Assembly: GCA_977020255.1 (NCBI GenBank)
Contig: CDROCS010000410.1
Coordinates: 372,001-436,000 of the forward strand
Reading direction: 5' to 3'
Source: Obrimoposthia wandeli
Lineage: Eukaryota
DNA: 64,000 nt
The first letter of the stretch is position 1. Each line of letters begins with the position of its first letter. This document shows positions 1-10,034 of this stretch, in pieces. Both the position numbers and the translations under genes were made by a program. The notes under the pieces were generated by a model. The model did not search any database and was not told where the DNA came from. It saw nothing but the letters and a program-made list of their open reading frames with translations.

Positions 1-328
1 TCAAAAAATCTGACGGGCTTAATATTTGTCCTGCGACAAAATCATCCGCAGCCACGGTATTTTTTAATGTCGAGATTAAAAATGTGGCTTTATCAATAAA
101 ATCAACACGGGAACTAACATCCTGTTCATTTACCGTTTTCCAGGCAAATAACGAGGCACTATAAGGACGACCAATAGTGATATCCTGCGTGGTAACAAGT
201 ACTTCATAATTCTTAACCAGATCCTGTTTAGACGTGCTTTGCACTGGTGCTGATAAGCTGAAAAATAGCCAAATCAACCCAAGTAAAGACGTACAAACAG
301 ACAGATAAACTAAACGTTTTGCATGCAT
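1..328 (-). CDS. rcpC: Flp pilus assembly protein RcpC/CpaB, 5' part (runs off window start)
   Basis: Read by hand: ATG at 328 gives MHAKRLVYLSVCTSLLGLIWLFFSLSAPV...YEVLVTTQDITIG...VAADDFVAGQILSPSDFL, open to base 1. N-terminal TM segment then a SAF-like pattern; lies just downstream of flp. Not in the ORF track. Confidence 0.75.
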   Translation of the reverse strand, partial: MHAKRLVYLSVCTSLLGLIWLFFSLSAPVQSTSKQDLVKNYEVLVTTQDITIGRPYSASLFAWKTVNEQDVSSRVDFIDKATFLISTLKNTVAADDFVAGQILSPSDFL

Positions 329-383
329 AATTGTTACTTCTATTAATACGGCCGAAACCGTATTCTCTCTGAGTTAATGTTTA

Positions 384-563
384 TTATTTATCAGCTTTAA
401 CTGTATCCAGTTTCTCAATTACAGACTCATAGGTCTGCTCAATCGCATTCGAAAGCTTGCCGTCAGAACCAAAAAATTGCAGCATAATAAGTGACATAGC
501 AGCCGCTAAAATTGCATATTCAATTGCCGCAGCACCACGTTGTTTTTGTTTGTTGTTTTTCAT
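384..563 (-). CDS. flp: Flp/Fap type IVb pilin (59 aa)
   Basis: Read by hand: MKNNKQKQRG|AAAIEYAILAAAMSLIMLQFFGSDGKLSNAIEQTYESVIEKLDTVKADK*. Shows the prepilin G cleavage site, E+5/Y+6 Flp motif and hydrophobic helix. One residue under the 60-aa track cutoff. Confidence 0.92.
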   Translation of the reverse strand: MKNNKQKQRGAAAIEYAILAAAMSLIMLQFFGSDGKLSNAIEQTYESVIEKLDTVKADK

Positions 564-675
564 TTTTTATCTCTTTTATTTTTATGGTTAATCTTGCTGT
601 TATAATTAATCTTGTTTTTATGATTTCATTTGGCCGTTTCGTAATTACGAACTGCCAAATGAAAGTATCTATCTA

Positions 676-3600
676 TTATTCAGAAGCTGTTAAACGGTAG
701 GCATATTCCGATCTCCAACTTGGCACCACTTTATCAACATCAGATTTACCTTCAGTGCTCATGTTGTAACATTTCTGTCGACCAAATTGAGCAGTATCAG
801 CGCTCACATAACAAAGTGCAGAACCCGATTTTTCCATATTATTAAAACGGAACACGGTACTATCAACAGGACTTAAGCCCTGCAGTTCAGCCAAACTTGG
901 TACACGCCAATTAGTCTTGTTACACAAGCCTTCATTATTAATTCGTTCTACTTCAGCTAATACCGTATCAACTTCAGAACTTGAGTTACCATGATTTTTA
1001 ATTCGTATCGCAGTATCTGCAGTATCAAACAATTGCCATGTTTGTTTTGACTCAGGTTGATAAGCACATACAGCCGCATCAACATCTGTCGTCATACCTC
1101 CAGCACTATCCAGCAATTGATATGTCAATTTAATTTCACTTACTAAACGACTTAGTACGACTTTATCCTCATCACCCTGTTTTGATGCCGAGTTGCTCAT
1201 CGCTGAGTTATTTTTGGTTTTATAGTGGTAAATTTTTGCATTTTTATTAACATCGTCAGCAGTCCAGTACCAAAATAAGGTTCCGCCACCAGTATAATAA
1301 TCAATGTCATATTCAGGTTTAAGCGCAAGATGATTTAAGAAAACATCAACATCAATCGTCTTGCCACTATTAACCGAGGCTGTTTCCAATGTCTTTAACT
1401 GATTTTTTTTTGGTAATGACCAATCACTACGACCACAAAACTGTACGTTATTTATCAGTTCAATAAGACCACCAGCCCCCATCACACTTGCAATACCAGT
1501 ACCTGAAGCATCAAAGGCTAAATCATCAGCCCCTTTTGGCAGTCCATCTTTAAGTAACGTCCAAGTACGTTGGCGAACAGAATCACGATTATCCATCACA
1601 CAGCGCCAACCTTCTTCGTACGTTGTAGCGCTCGGTAAATTATCTCCATTAATGTCTAACTTGATAAAATAATTTCCGATAACAGCGTCTGTATCCGCGA
1701 TTTTATAACCTGCTGTTGACGCTTGTTTTAACCCAGTAACAGCATGTTCAATAAGGACATCTACATCTGCAATGCTAGGTAAGCTATTAAACATGATAAG
1801 TAGCTTATCAAGTGCCGAAATAAGCGCTGTATTCGTTGTGGTTGGTAATTCGTCACTTGCTGACGCCAAGGCTTGAATAAGGCTAATATTAGCGTTAATG
1901 AAATCACTGATTGCTGCTGTTGCAGCAAATAATGCTAAGCTCTTAGCGTGAATTTCAGCGCTATCTGTTGCTGCGATTAAGGCATCTTTGATGATATTTG
2001 CCGTGGTATTTTGATCCGTTAACTTAATTAGCGCAGTTAACGCGGGGGTCACCTTTAGTGCCGATTTGAATGAAGTGTGTAACGCCGTTAAATTAATAAA
2101 CGCCACTTTAATCGATGCGACATTGGTATTAACCGTTGTTTTAAGTGCATCATCAATACTGCTATCATTTTCGAGCATAGTTGAGTAAAGCACTAATAAA
2201 TCGATTTTATCCTGATATTCAGTTAATGCTAACGAGAGTAAATCAAACTCCGTTTTCGCTTTAGTCTCAACGGTTGTCACGTCAGACAATAATGGCGTCA
2301 AATGTTGACCCGCTAACGAGTCAATATTGTAGATAACTGTAATTAAATCAGTTGATGTTGTTTGCCAATGATTATTCTGCGATGACACTAGCGCTTTCAG
2401 TGCAGTATTCGTAGATGTAGCCTCTGTTAATATTTTCGTTGTATCAGGTAATGACCAGCTTAATATTACTTTCGCATTTTGATACGATTGAGTATTTTCT
2501 TGGCCTAATGTGATTTTTTTAAATGTTGTAATACCAGTGGCAACTTCTGAAGCCCAGTGCGCGTAATATCGTGAATTGCTAATTAAATAATCGTCGAAAG
2601 TATTTAATATATAACTTGAATCAATCTGAGTTTTCGCCTTCATGGCAGTCGTGTCTAACAGCTGCCAATTTGCTATATCACAAAACTTTGGTGTTAGCAG
2701 CGCAGTCACTGCTGCAGCTTGACTTGTAGAACCTGCATAACTCCAAAACTGCGGGCCTTCACCCTGTGCATCATATTCAATGTAACAACCCGTGTTAGAT
2801 GCTCTTACCCAATTGCCGTTGTATGTAAGAGCATTTGCTTGTTTCCAAGTAACCATTGGTACGATACGTGTTACATAAAAATCACTCGTTGCAGCTGTAG
2901 CATAAAGCGTCTGACCTGCAGGATTGACCTGATTCGCAATCGCGTTTTTCTTAACACGCACACCGACTTTATTTTTAACATAAGCTTTCGGACCAACATG
3001 TTGCGGTAGGCTCGTTACAGCCTGCCATGTTATGCCACCATCATTGGTTAATTCATAATGCTCAGGCTTATCATAATCAGTACCTGTATTTCTATTTGTC
3101 ACCCATGTCCAGCTAAAACCATTGGTTTTAACTTCATAAGGATAACCAGTGTTACCAATATTTTTGTTCACAATGACTGGCGCCGTCGGAGCAGCTATCA
3201 CAACTGGCGCCCCGGAAGTAAAGGCTTGTGTACTGATTAACGCAGTACCCGCTAACGTGCCAGTTGCAGCGTTAACTTTAACGCGCACTAGTACATGTCC
3301 AGTATCAATATTAACATCACCAACCAATAGCGGTTTGCTAGCAACAGTTGTCCAATCAACACCGCCAGTCAGTGAGTATTCATACTCGCTAACATCGTTA
3401 AAACCACTAACAAGAGCCCAATCAAAGGTATTCAAGCTGTCATTCTGAACTGGATTAGTAGGCGATTTAGGGCGTTTTATCGCTGAATCAGCGGTATAAA
3501 TAGATGTATTAACGAGTACGTCACTCGCAACTCGATTCTTGCTTGAGTCTGCCTTTACACGGATTTGAATATCGCCGACAGCATAAACACCATCGATAAC

Positions 3601-3870
3601 CAATTGATGAGGATTTCCATTCACTGCGGACCATGGCTGATTCGGTATTTTTATTTCATAAAATTGTTTATCACTAAAATTATGACTCCAAGACCAGCCA
3701 AACTGATCAAGGTCATCATTCACGATAGGTCCAATAGGAGCATCTGGTTTAACGATATTTTGCGTCGGATTTGTTGATTTTTGATCTGGGCTTGCTTCAT
3801 TACAACCCGTTAACAACGTACCTGTAACCACTGTCAACGCGAGCAGTGACTTGTTTACTCCTAACAACAT
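676..3870 (-). CDS. Large lipoprotein: 3 FnIII-like repeats, helical stalk, multiple Lcl/DUF1566-like domains
   Basis: Lipobox LLTG-C after MLLGVNK (start 3870, AAGGG upstream; track start 3939). C..D/W....N...(F/L)C...W.(L/V)P motifs: FCGRSDWSLP, LCNKTNWRVP, and a degenerate FCDIANWQLL. Confidence 0.8.
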   Translation of the reverse strand: MLLGVNKSLLALTVVTGTLLTGCNEASPDQKSTNPTQNIVKPDAPIGPIVNDDLDQFGWSWSHNFSDKQFYEIKIPNQPWSAVNGNPHQLVIDGVYAVGDIQIRVKADSSKNRVASDVLVNTSIYTADSAIKRPKSPTNPVQNDSLNTFDWALVSGFNDVSEYEYSLTGGVDWTTVASKPLLVGDVNIDTGHVLVRVKVNAATGTLAGTALISTQAFTSGAPVVIAAPTAPVIVNKNIGNTGYPYEVKTNGFSWTWVTNRNTGTDYDKPEHYELTNDGGITWQAVTSLPQHVGPKAYVKNKVGVRVKKNAIANQVNPAGQTLYATAATSDFYVTRIVPMVTWKQANALTYNGNWVRASNTGCYIEYDAQGEGPQFWSYAGSTSQAAAVTALLTPKFCDIANWQLLDTTAMKAKTQIDSSYILNTFDDYLISNSRYYAHWASEVATGITTFKKITLGQENTQSYQNAKVILSWSLPDTTKILTEATSTNTALKALVSSQNNHWQTTSTDLITVIYNIDSLAGQHLTPLLSDVTTVETKAKTEFDLLSLALTEYQDKIDLLVLYSTMLENDSSIDDALKTTVNTNVASIKVAFINLTALHTSFKSALKVTPALTALIKLTDQNTTANIIKDALIAATDSAEIHAKSLALFAATAAISDFINANISLIQALASASDELPTTTNTALISALDKLLIMFNSLPSIADVDVLIEHAVTGLKQASTAGYKIADTDAVIGNYFIKLDINGDNLPSATTYEEGWRCVMDNRDSVRQRTWTLLKDGLPKGADDLAFDASGTGIASVMGAGGLIELINNVQFCGRSDWSLPKKNQLKTLETASVNSGKTIDVDVFLNHLALKPEYDIDYYTGGGTLFWYWTADDVNKNAKIYHYKTKNNSAMSNSASKQGDEDKVVLSRLVSEIKLTYQLLDSAGGMTTDVDAAVCAYQPESKQTWQLFDTADTAIRIKNHGNSSSEVDTVLAEVERINNEGLCNKTNWRVPSLAELQGLSPVDSTVFRFNNMEKSGSALCYVSADTAQFGRQKCYNMSTEGKSDVDKVVPSWRSEYAYRLTASE

Positions 3871-4072
3871 TTTACCTATCCCTTTTATGTAATTATAAAT
3901 AACTTTATGAAAACTATAGTCAAACATAAATTTTCGCATATACTAACGGGAATGAGAGTGATTATCAATTGTATTTGATCATATATTTTACTAATCATCT
4001 TTATTTACATTAAAATGACTGGTTTCCAAACGGTACCCGGTATAAAACTTCAACCAACAAAGTGTTATCTAT

Positions 4073-6133
4073 ATGAATGGAAAATTTAAACTATCTAAAA
4101 TAGCGGTTATTCTAGCGGGGTGTAGTCTCGTAGTTAGCTGTGGCGGCGAAGAAAGCAGTACGACAAAATCGGATCTATATGACTACAGCAAGCAATCAAT
4201 CTGCGTAGACACAGATCGTAATTATGCTTGTGCAGCTGGTGAACAAAAAGTAGCAACGCTATGGAGTGTTGCTAGGGATAACACTGCGCCCTTTCTTATC
4301 GAGAGTGGGGGTTATGTACTTACTGCGCCAGCAAGTGCGAATGTAGTCAGTCCGTTTACGACATTGATTCAAAATGAAATTTTATTTAACCCACAATTTT
4401 CCGGTAGCGTTGCGCAAGTGCAAACACAAGCACAATCGTATTTACAGCAACTATTTGGGGATAAATATAATCTTGATTTTAATAGACTAAATACCGAACA
4501 CGGGCCAAAAGAAGCAACTAACTTGTTACTCGCCTCTTTTGAGTATGCGTTGTCATTGAAAGGGGATTCTAAAGCGCTGAAAATCTCTGCTGCTGTTGAT
4601 AAAATGGTGAGTACCAGTAATTTTGATATAACGGATACTTTACTGCAATCTGACTTAGATAATACCTATGTAAACTTAAATAAGCGCTATCTGATCCCTG
4701 GTTCTTATCCAATGCGCACGCTATCAAGTGGCAGTGCAATCACGATAAATGAAAATACCGGCATGCTACTTGCCCTTACCTATGACGATAAATTATTACA
4801 AATTGATACAACGACAGGATTAAGCAACACATTTACCCCGGCGACGACAACTCAAACAGCACCAATAATGAGTACATACGACGACCATGATGATGACGAC
4901 GACGACGACGATGATGATGATCACCATGGAGGTGACTGCGATGATGATTATGGGTCCCTTTTCGGGGATGACTGCAATGGTGGCGGTACTACCCAGCCAG
5001 CATCAAGAATTCTATCAGCCGCTCAAGGCGACCATAATAAAAATGCTTATTTGATTTATCAGCCGACGATTTATGGCGATAACAGCATGAGTTATACGTG
5101 CAATAGTACGGGTAACAATGGTATTTTCTTAACTGAACTAGGCAAGAACAGTCAAGCATCTCCTTTGTCTTCAGCACCAAAAATTAGTACTTATAGTCGT
5201 GCATCTGGCAGTACTAAACCCCCTGTCGTCGTGCCCGTATTACCTGTTTCATCTGCAAGTTGTAAAAACAACCATATCAGTGAGTTAGTCGTCTCTCTTA
5301 ACCACAATACTGTCGCAGCTGTATTTAGTAAGGGTTATAGACAAGGCGCTGAATTAAAACAACTATCTAGCAGTACTTTACAGCCCACAGGTAACAGTTA
5401 TGACCTATCTTCAGCGCAGGCAGAATTCATATTAAGCAAGCAACAAAAATCATTATTCGTGCGACAAGATGCTGGTACAGCTGCGGTTGTAATTAATGCT
5501 CAAACCTTGAATTTACAAAGTGAAATAATAAAAAATGACATAGATAAAGCCGCATTCGTCAATAATGATAAACAACTGATTGTCAGCGATAAATCGAATA
5601 CTCTAAACTGGATTAATATTGCGCAAGGTTCATCAATCGCAACATTAGCATTAGCTGAAAATGTCATTAAACTCACTTCCGATACGACGGGTAAATTGAG
5701 TGCAGCATTAACGAATGAAAATATATATCTAATTGATAATGAAACAAAATCAATTATCTATTCGCAAGCTTATAGCCAACGTAACGTGTACGGAATGAGC
5801 ATGCTCAGTAATCGTATTATCATTAGCCGTTCGGGCGCGATTGATTATATTCAATTTGATAATTTGACCGGTACGCCAATCAAGATGGCTAAGCAGATGC
5901 TATCTAAAGACTTACTCAAGAATTGGTCAAAAAAGTCTGGTGCCTCATTAACAAACATGACGCTTGCAGAGCTACTACGAGATATTGGCGAAGAAGATGT
6001 CATTAGCCAACAATTCAGTGATATTGACCTGCAATGGCGACCAGCAAGTGCCACCAATATTGAAGGCGTAAAAGAGGTTATTATAACGGGGAATTATCGC
6101 GGCCAACGCATTAGCGTATCTAAAATGCTATAA
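4073..6133 (+). CDS. Lipoprotein with poly-Asp/His tract and probable beta-propeller C-terminal half
   Basis: Lipobox LVVS-C; CVDTDRNYAC Cys pair; DDHD11HH tract; repeating short beta-strand pattern (e.g. YLIDNETKSII) in the C-terminal half. Confidence 0.7.
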   Translation: MNGKFKLSKIAVILAGCSLVVSCGGEESSTTKSDLYDYSKQSICVDTDRNYACAAGEQKVATLWSVARDNTAPFLIESGGYVLTAPASANVVSPFTTLIQNEILFNPQFSGSVAQVQTQAQSYLQQLFGDKYNLDFNRLNTEHGPKEATNLLLASFEYALSLKGDSKALKISAAVDKMVSTSNFDITDTLLQSDLDNTYVNLNKRYLIPGSYPMRTLSSGSAITINENTGMLLALTYDDKLLQIDTTTGLSNTFTPATTTQTAPIMSTYDDHDDDDDDDDDDDHHGGDCDDDYGSLFGDDCNGGGTTQPASRILSAAQGDHNKNAYLIYQPTIYGDNSMSYTCNSTGNNGIFLTELGKNSQASPLSSAPKISTYSRASGSTKPPVVVPVLPVSSASCKNNHISELVVSLNHNTVAAVFSKGYRQGAELKQLSSSTLQPTGNSYDLSSAQAEFILSKQQKSLFVRQDAGTAAVVINAQTLNLQSEIIKNDIDKAAFVNNDKQLIVSDKSNTLNWINIAQGSSIATLALAENVIKLTSDTTGKLSAALTNENIYLIDNETKSIIYSQAYSQRNVYGMSMLSNRIIISRSGAIDYIQFDNLTGTPIKMAKQMLSKDLLKNWSKKSGASLTNMTLAELLRDIGEEDVISQQFSDIDLQWRPASATNIEGVKEVIITGNYRGQRISVSKML

Positions 6134-6150
6134 CATCAACTGGCAGCGAC

Positions 6151-6690
6151 TTAATTACTTGAATCCAGCACCAGTCCACTTAACATCACCGACAGGCGTT
6201 CAATTTTGATATTGGATAACTGTCGGTAATCAAAATACGGGCACACAACTAAACGGTTTTTGACATCAATTGCAAATTCATCGTCTATCCACACCAGATT
6301 AGCCTCTAGCTTACCCGATGAAAGTAACGCCTTTGCATAAGTACGTCCGCATATAATATGAATAGTCTGGGTATTGGCATTAAGTACTGGCGGGCTAAAC
6401 AACAAAGCTGTTGCACTACCCGTTTGCAGTAAATAACGATCACGGTACTGTTGCCAAGTCGGTGCTCGCTGTGCAAAGTCAAAATCGGTAGGGCTTAATG
6501 CATACAAGAGTTTGGCATAGACGTTAAATACTTTACGCCAGCCATTGCCACAGGCTTGACCGATAGCATTTACTTCACCACTGACGAGTGAATTAACGCT
6601 GCTTATATTTTGGTATTCCAACATATTCGGCGTATTTGCCAAATACACCGAAAATGTAAAGTTAGCACAACCAAGACCTTTGTTTTCCAT
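6151..6690 (-). CDS. Conserved hypothetical protein (DUF6942-like)
   Basis: CGNGWRKVFNVYAKL and CPYFDYRQLSN motifs recalled from a marine gammaproteobacterial family; ATG at 6690. Confidence 0.6.
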   Translation of the reverse strand: MENKGLGCANFTFSVYLANTPNMLEYQNISSVNSLVSGEVNAIGQACGNGWRKVFNVYAKLLYALSPTDFDFAQRAPTWQQYRDRYLLQTGSATALLFSPPVLNANTQTIHIICGRTYAKALLSSGKLEANLVWIDDEFAIDVKNRLVVCPYFDYRQLSNIKIERLSVMLSGLVLDSSN

Positions 6691-6773
6691 CAGCAAGTAC
6701 GCCTATATTTTATTACAAAGAGGCGTATTATACATCGCTATAAGTTCACTAACCAGTGACCCTACTCTGATGG

Positions 6774-7382
6774 TTATTTCAATAGACTGACTTTGATATC
6801 AGCTAATTCATTTATGAACGATTCGAAAACAGCATCCTTGGTATAGATAACATATAATTCACTGACAACTCTAGCCAAAGGTAAGTCCTCTAAGCTGTCC
6901 GTATAAAACCGTAACCAACTGAATTCCAAATCATTAATTTCCATGCAGTTAACCACTGCGACCTTTTTAGCTTCACCGAGAAGTTCTACATAATACCCAT
7001 CAGATAGATTAGAAAATAAAGCATAATCAAATTTATCAAGAAAGGGTAAGTATTTCCCATAGATTGCAGGCGCTGCTGACGCCATGATATTTATTCCTGG
7101 CTGAGCTAAATGCTTTAATACTTGTTTATTGATAAATAAGCATAAATATCTGGAAAAGATATATCCAGCGATGCTCCAGTATTTACTTTCCGATTGGATT
7201 ATTGTTAATCTTTTTTTAAATTCGAACCTACCTACAAGACCAGTACATCGATGATAATACAATCTTAAAATAGGTAGGAAAGTAAACAAATTAAAAGGTA
7301 ACAAAATAAGTGTAAATATCACCCAGTGTTTAAAAGAATTAACTCTGATTAAGGTTAAGTCGAGATCATAAATTGATACCAT
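6774..7382 (-). CDS. HAD-superfamily (IB-like) phosphatase
   Basis: Motif I YDLDLT at the N-terminus, motif II SAA, motif III K, motif IV YTDSLED; hydrophobic segment near the N-terminus. Confidence 0.8.
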   Translation of the reverse strand: MVSIYDLDLTLIRVNSFKHWVIFTLILLPFNLFTFLPILRLYYHRCTGLVGRFEFKKRLTIIQSESKYWSIAGYIFSRYLCLFINKQVLKHLAQPGINIMASAAPAIYGKYLPFLDKFDYALFSNLSDGYYVELLGEAKKVAVVNCMEINDLEFSWLRFYTDSLEDLPLARVVSELYVIYTKDAVFESFINELADIKVSLLK

Positions 7383-7958
7383 TTATCGTGCATCCAAAGC
7401 CCATGGACATCTTAATAGTATTTTGGAGTACAACGTAAAATCGGCGTTGTGAATAGGATTGGTAAAGGTTGTCGTTAATACCGCAGATTTCACATCACAG
7501 CTATCATTAATCTTTGAAATGAAATCAAACACGTCTAGCATCGTATTTCCACTATCGACAGCATCATCTACAATGAGCACTTTACAACCTGGTTTCTTTA
7601 AACAAGCTATATCACCAGAAATCAGTTTCACATCCGAAGCGCACCTTTTTACTTCGTTATTTTTAAACTTTCTCTCTTGATAATAAACTTCAATACTTCT
7701 TAATGAATTTAAGGAAAACAGGGGTAAGTATTTTAACAAATTAAGTATTTTCAATTTTTCTTTTTTCTTTGTGGCCGGTCTTTGTCTTTTTACAATTAAC
7801 TGATTAAAACTTGCGAATGAACTCTTAGCCTCAACGACATACTTACCGCCAGTAGCAACGCCAACAACGACGTCAGGGCGGAAATCCCGTAGTGCTAAAC
7901 TAGCTAAATTATCACACGTCTGTACAAAATCATCTCCGATTAATGTTAATACTTTCAT
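7383..7958 (-). CDS. Type I phosphoribosyltransferase family protein
   Basis: PRPP-binding loop VLIVDDAVDSGNT and VVGVATGG. Its stop codon directly abuts the HAD start. Confidence 0.85.
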   Translation of the reverse strand: MKVLTLIGDDFVQTCDNLASLALRDFRPDVVVGVATGGKYVVEAKSSFASFNQLIVKRQRPATKKKEKLKILNLLKYLPLFSLNSLRSIEVYYQERKFKNNEVKRCASDVKLISGDIACLKKPGCKVLIVDDAVDSGNTMLDVFDFISKINDSCDVKSAVLTTTFTNPIHNADFTLYSKILLRCPWALDAR

Positions 7959-8413
7959 TTATTACCTCTCTACGGATATTTAAATAAACGTTTTAAATTA
8001 CCCAATAATAATTGTTTTGGGAAAATGAAATATTAAAAAAGATAGGTATCAAACAGAATAGAGGCGTGCTTATTTGTAATCATATATACAGGCCGTCACT
8101 TATATTTAATGCCTCGTTATTTATACTAACTTGCCTGTAGCATAACTATAGACTAACTATCCATTTCGGAGATGTTCATGCTAGAAAGATCATTCAAAGT
8201 AGAATTAAACAAATGATTTAAAGGATATAAAACACAATTATAAAATAACTCTTACGCTAAAATAATAACTAACCACGCGCTTGAACTGGTTACTATACGA
8301 CTTTAATTCGTATCTAAAGAACTGACGATATTCCTTTATAAAATTAACCCAGATCAACAAACCTCTCGTTATACCGGCGTTTCAGCAGACAGTTATTTAC
8401 AGCCTTATCGCAC

Positions 8414-8430
8414 GATGTAAAAATCACATC
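8414..8430. promoter_or_regulatory. NorR box upstream of norR (autoregulation)
   Basis: gatGTaaaaatcACatc is GT-N7-AC with the same palindromic gat/atc flanks as the boxes upstream of hcp. Confidence 0.7.
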
Positions 8431-8453
8431 ACTCTCGATATTAAGGCTTATGC

Positions 8454-10034
8454 ATGCAAACAACTCTCGACCAAGCGATGTTACAAATTGCACTCGATCT
8501 CAATTTAAACCTGCCGTCAGGGCATCATTACCAACGTTTAATGCAGTCGCTACAGTCTGTGTTACCTTGCGATGCCAGTGCCTTGTTTATTCTTGACGAT
8601 TCAGGTCTATTGTCTGCAGCTGCCGTAAATGGCTTGACTGATGAAGTATTGGGACAAAAATTTGATCCAATGCAGCACCCTCGCCTACGCGCTATTCTAG
8701 CCAGTCGCGAGCCCGTTCGATTCCCTGCGAGTTCGACCTTGCCTGACCCTTTTGATGGGTTATTAAAAGATGATCCGAACCGCTCTATTGATGTGCATGA
8801 TTGCATGGGTTGCAGCTTATATGTAGAAGACCATTTAGTCGGCCTTATTACCCTTGACGCTATGCAAGTCGGGGCTTTCAAGCGTATTGATGATATTACT
8901 GTAGCTACTTTTGCAGCATTAGCGGCGGCAACAATAAGAAACGTTAATCAAGTTGAAGCATTGCAAAAAAGCCACCAGCAACAACAGAACATGAATCAAG
9001 TACTGATCCAAGAAGCCCGTAATAAAGGCGGTGAATTGGTTGGTATTAGCCCTGAAATACAAACCCTGCGCAACAACATCAACATGGTGGCTTATTCCGA
9101 TTACGCCGTATTAATCAGTGGTGAAACCGGAACTGGCAAAGAGTTAGTTGCCCACGCGGTACATTCACAATCCTCACGCGCAACCAAGCCGATGATTTAC
9201 GTCAACTGCGCCGCTTTACCTGAAAGCCTTGCTGAGAGTGAATTGTTTGGTCATATCAAAGGCGCATTTACCGGCGCTACCAGTAACCGCGCAGGTAAAT
9301 TTGAATTAGCGGATGGCGGCACTATTTTCTTAGATGAAATCGGTGAGTTACCGCTGTTAATGCAAGCTAAACTACTGCGCGTGATCCAACAAGGCGAAGT
9401 ACAACGTGTTGGCGCAGATAAGAACTTAATGATCAATGTCCGCATTATCGCGGCAACTAACCGCGAGTTAACCGAAGAAGTAGCTGCGGGACGTTTTCGA
9501 AGTGATCTATACCATAGGTTAAATGTGTTTCCAATTAAGGTCCCACCACTACGCCATCGCCAAGGTGATATTGCGGTATTATCAGGGCACATACTCGACC
9601 GTGTACGCAGCCAGTTCAACGTGGCTAAATTGCAATTGCACCCACAAGCATTAACAGCACTTAATCATTACAGCTGGCCTGGTAACGTCCGTGAATTAGA
9701 ACATACTTTAATGCGTGCCGGACTCCGTGCAATTCAAGCACAGCAAAGCCTGATCTTACAGCAACACTTATCCGATGAAGTCAGCCACACTTACACCTAT
9801 GCAACAGAAAGCGACTCGAACACAGAGGCAGATGATTTACCAACGACATCATTTGAGCTACGTAGCGCAGTAGAAAGCTATCAAACCAAGCTGATTTCCC
9901 ATGCCCTGCAGCAATCTAACTTCGTGTGGGCGCAAGCGGCTGAGTTTTTACAGATGGATCGCGGTAATTTATACAAAATGGGTAAAAAACTCGGTATTGA
10001 GCCTAAAAAATTACGCGCTGCAGAGTTAGTTTAA
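8454..10034 (+). CDS. norR: NO-responsive sigma54 activator NorR (GAF-AAA-HTH)
   Basis: GAF with HPRL and VHDCMGC, Walker [15 protein letters not shown] loop, C-terminal Fis-type HTH. Confidence 0.92.
   Translation: MQTTLDQAMLQIALDLNLNLPSGHHYQRLMQSLQSVLPCDASALFILDDSGLLSAAAVNGLTDEVLGQKFDPMQHPRLRAILASREPVRFPASSTLPDPFDGLLKDDPNRSIDVHDCMGCSLYVEDHLVGLITLDAMQVGAFKRIDDITVATFAALAAATIRNVNQVEALQKSHQQQQNMNQVLIQEARNKGGELVGISPEIQTLRNNINMVAYSDYAVLISGETGTGKELVAHAVHSQSSRATKPMIYVNCAALPESLAESELFGHIKGAFTGATSNRAGKFELADGGTIFLDEIGELPLLMQAKLLRVIQQGEVQRVGADKNLMINVRIIAATNRELTEEVAAGRFRSDLYHRLNVFPIKVPPLRHRQGDIAVLSGHILDRVRSQFNVAKLQLHPQALTALNHYSWPGNVRELEHTLMRAGLRAIQAQQSLILQQHLSDEVSHTYTYATESDSNTEADDLPTTSFELRSAVESYQTKLISHALQQSNFVWAQAAEFLQMDRGNLYKMGKKLGIEPKKLRAAELV

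Noticed and set aside
512-700. 62-aa + strand ORF
   Set aside because: Antisense to flp and the Lcl gene end, low-complexity, no RBS.
4880-4927. Phase-variable microsatellite in the poly-Asp tract
   Set aside because: Trinucleotide units with mixed GAC/GAT codons; slippage would not shift the frame.
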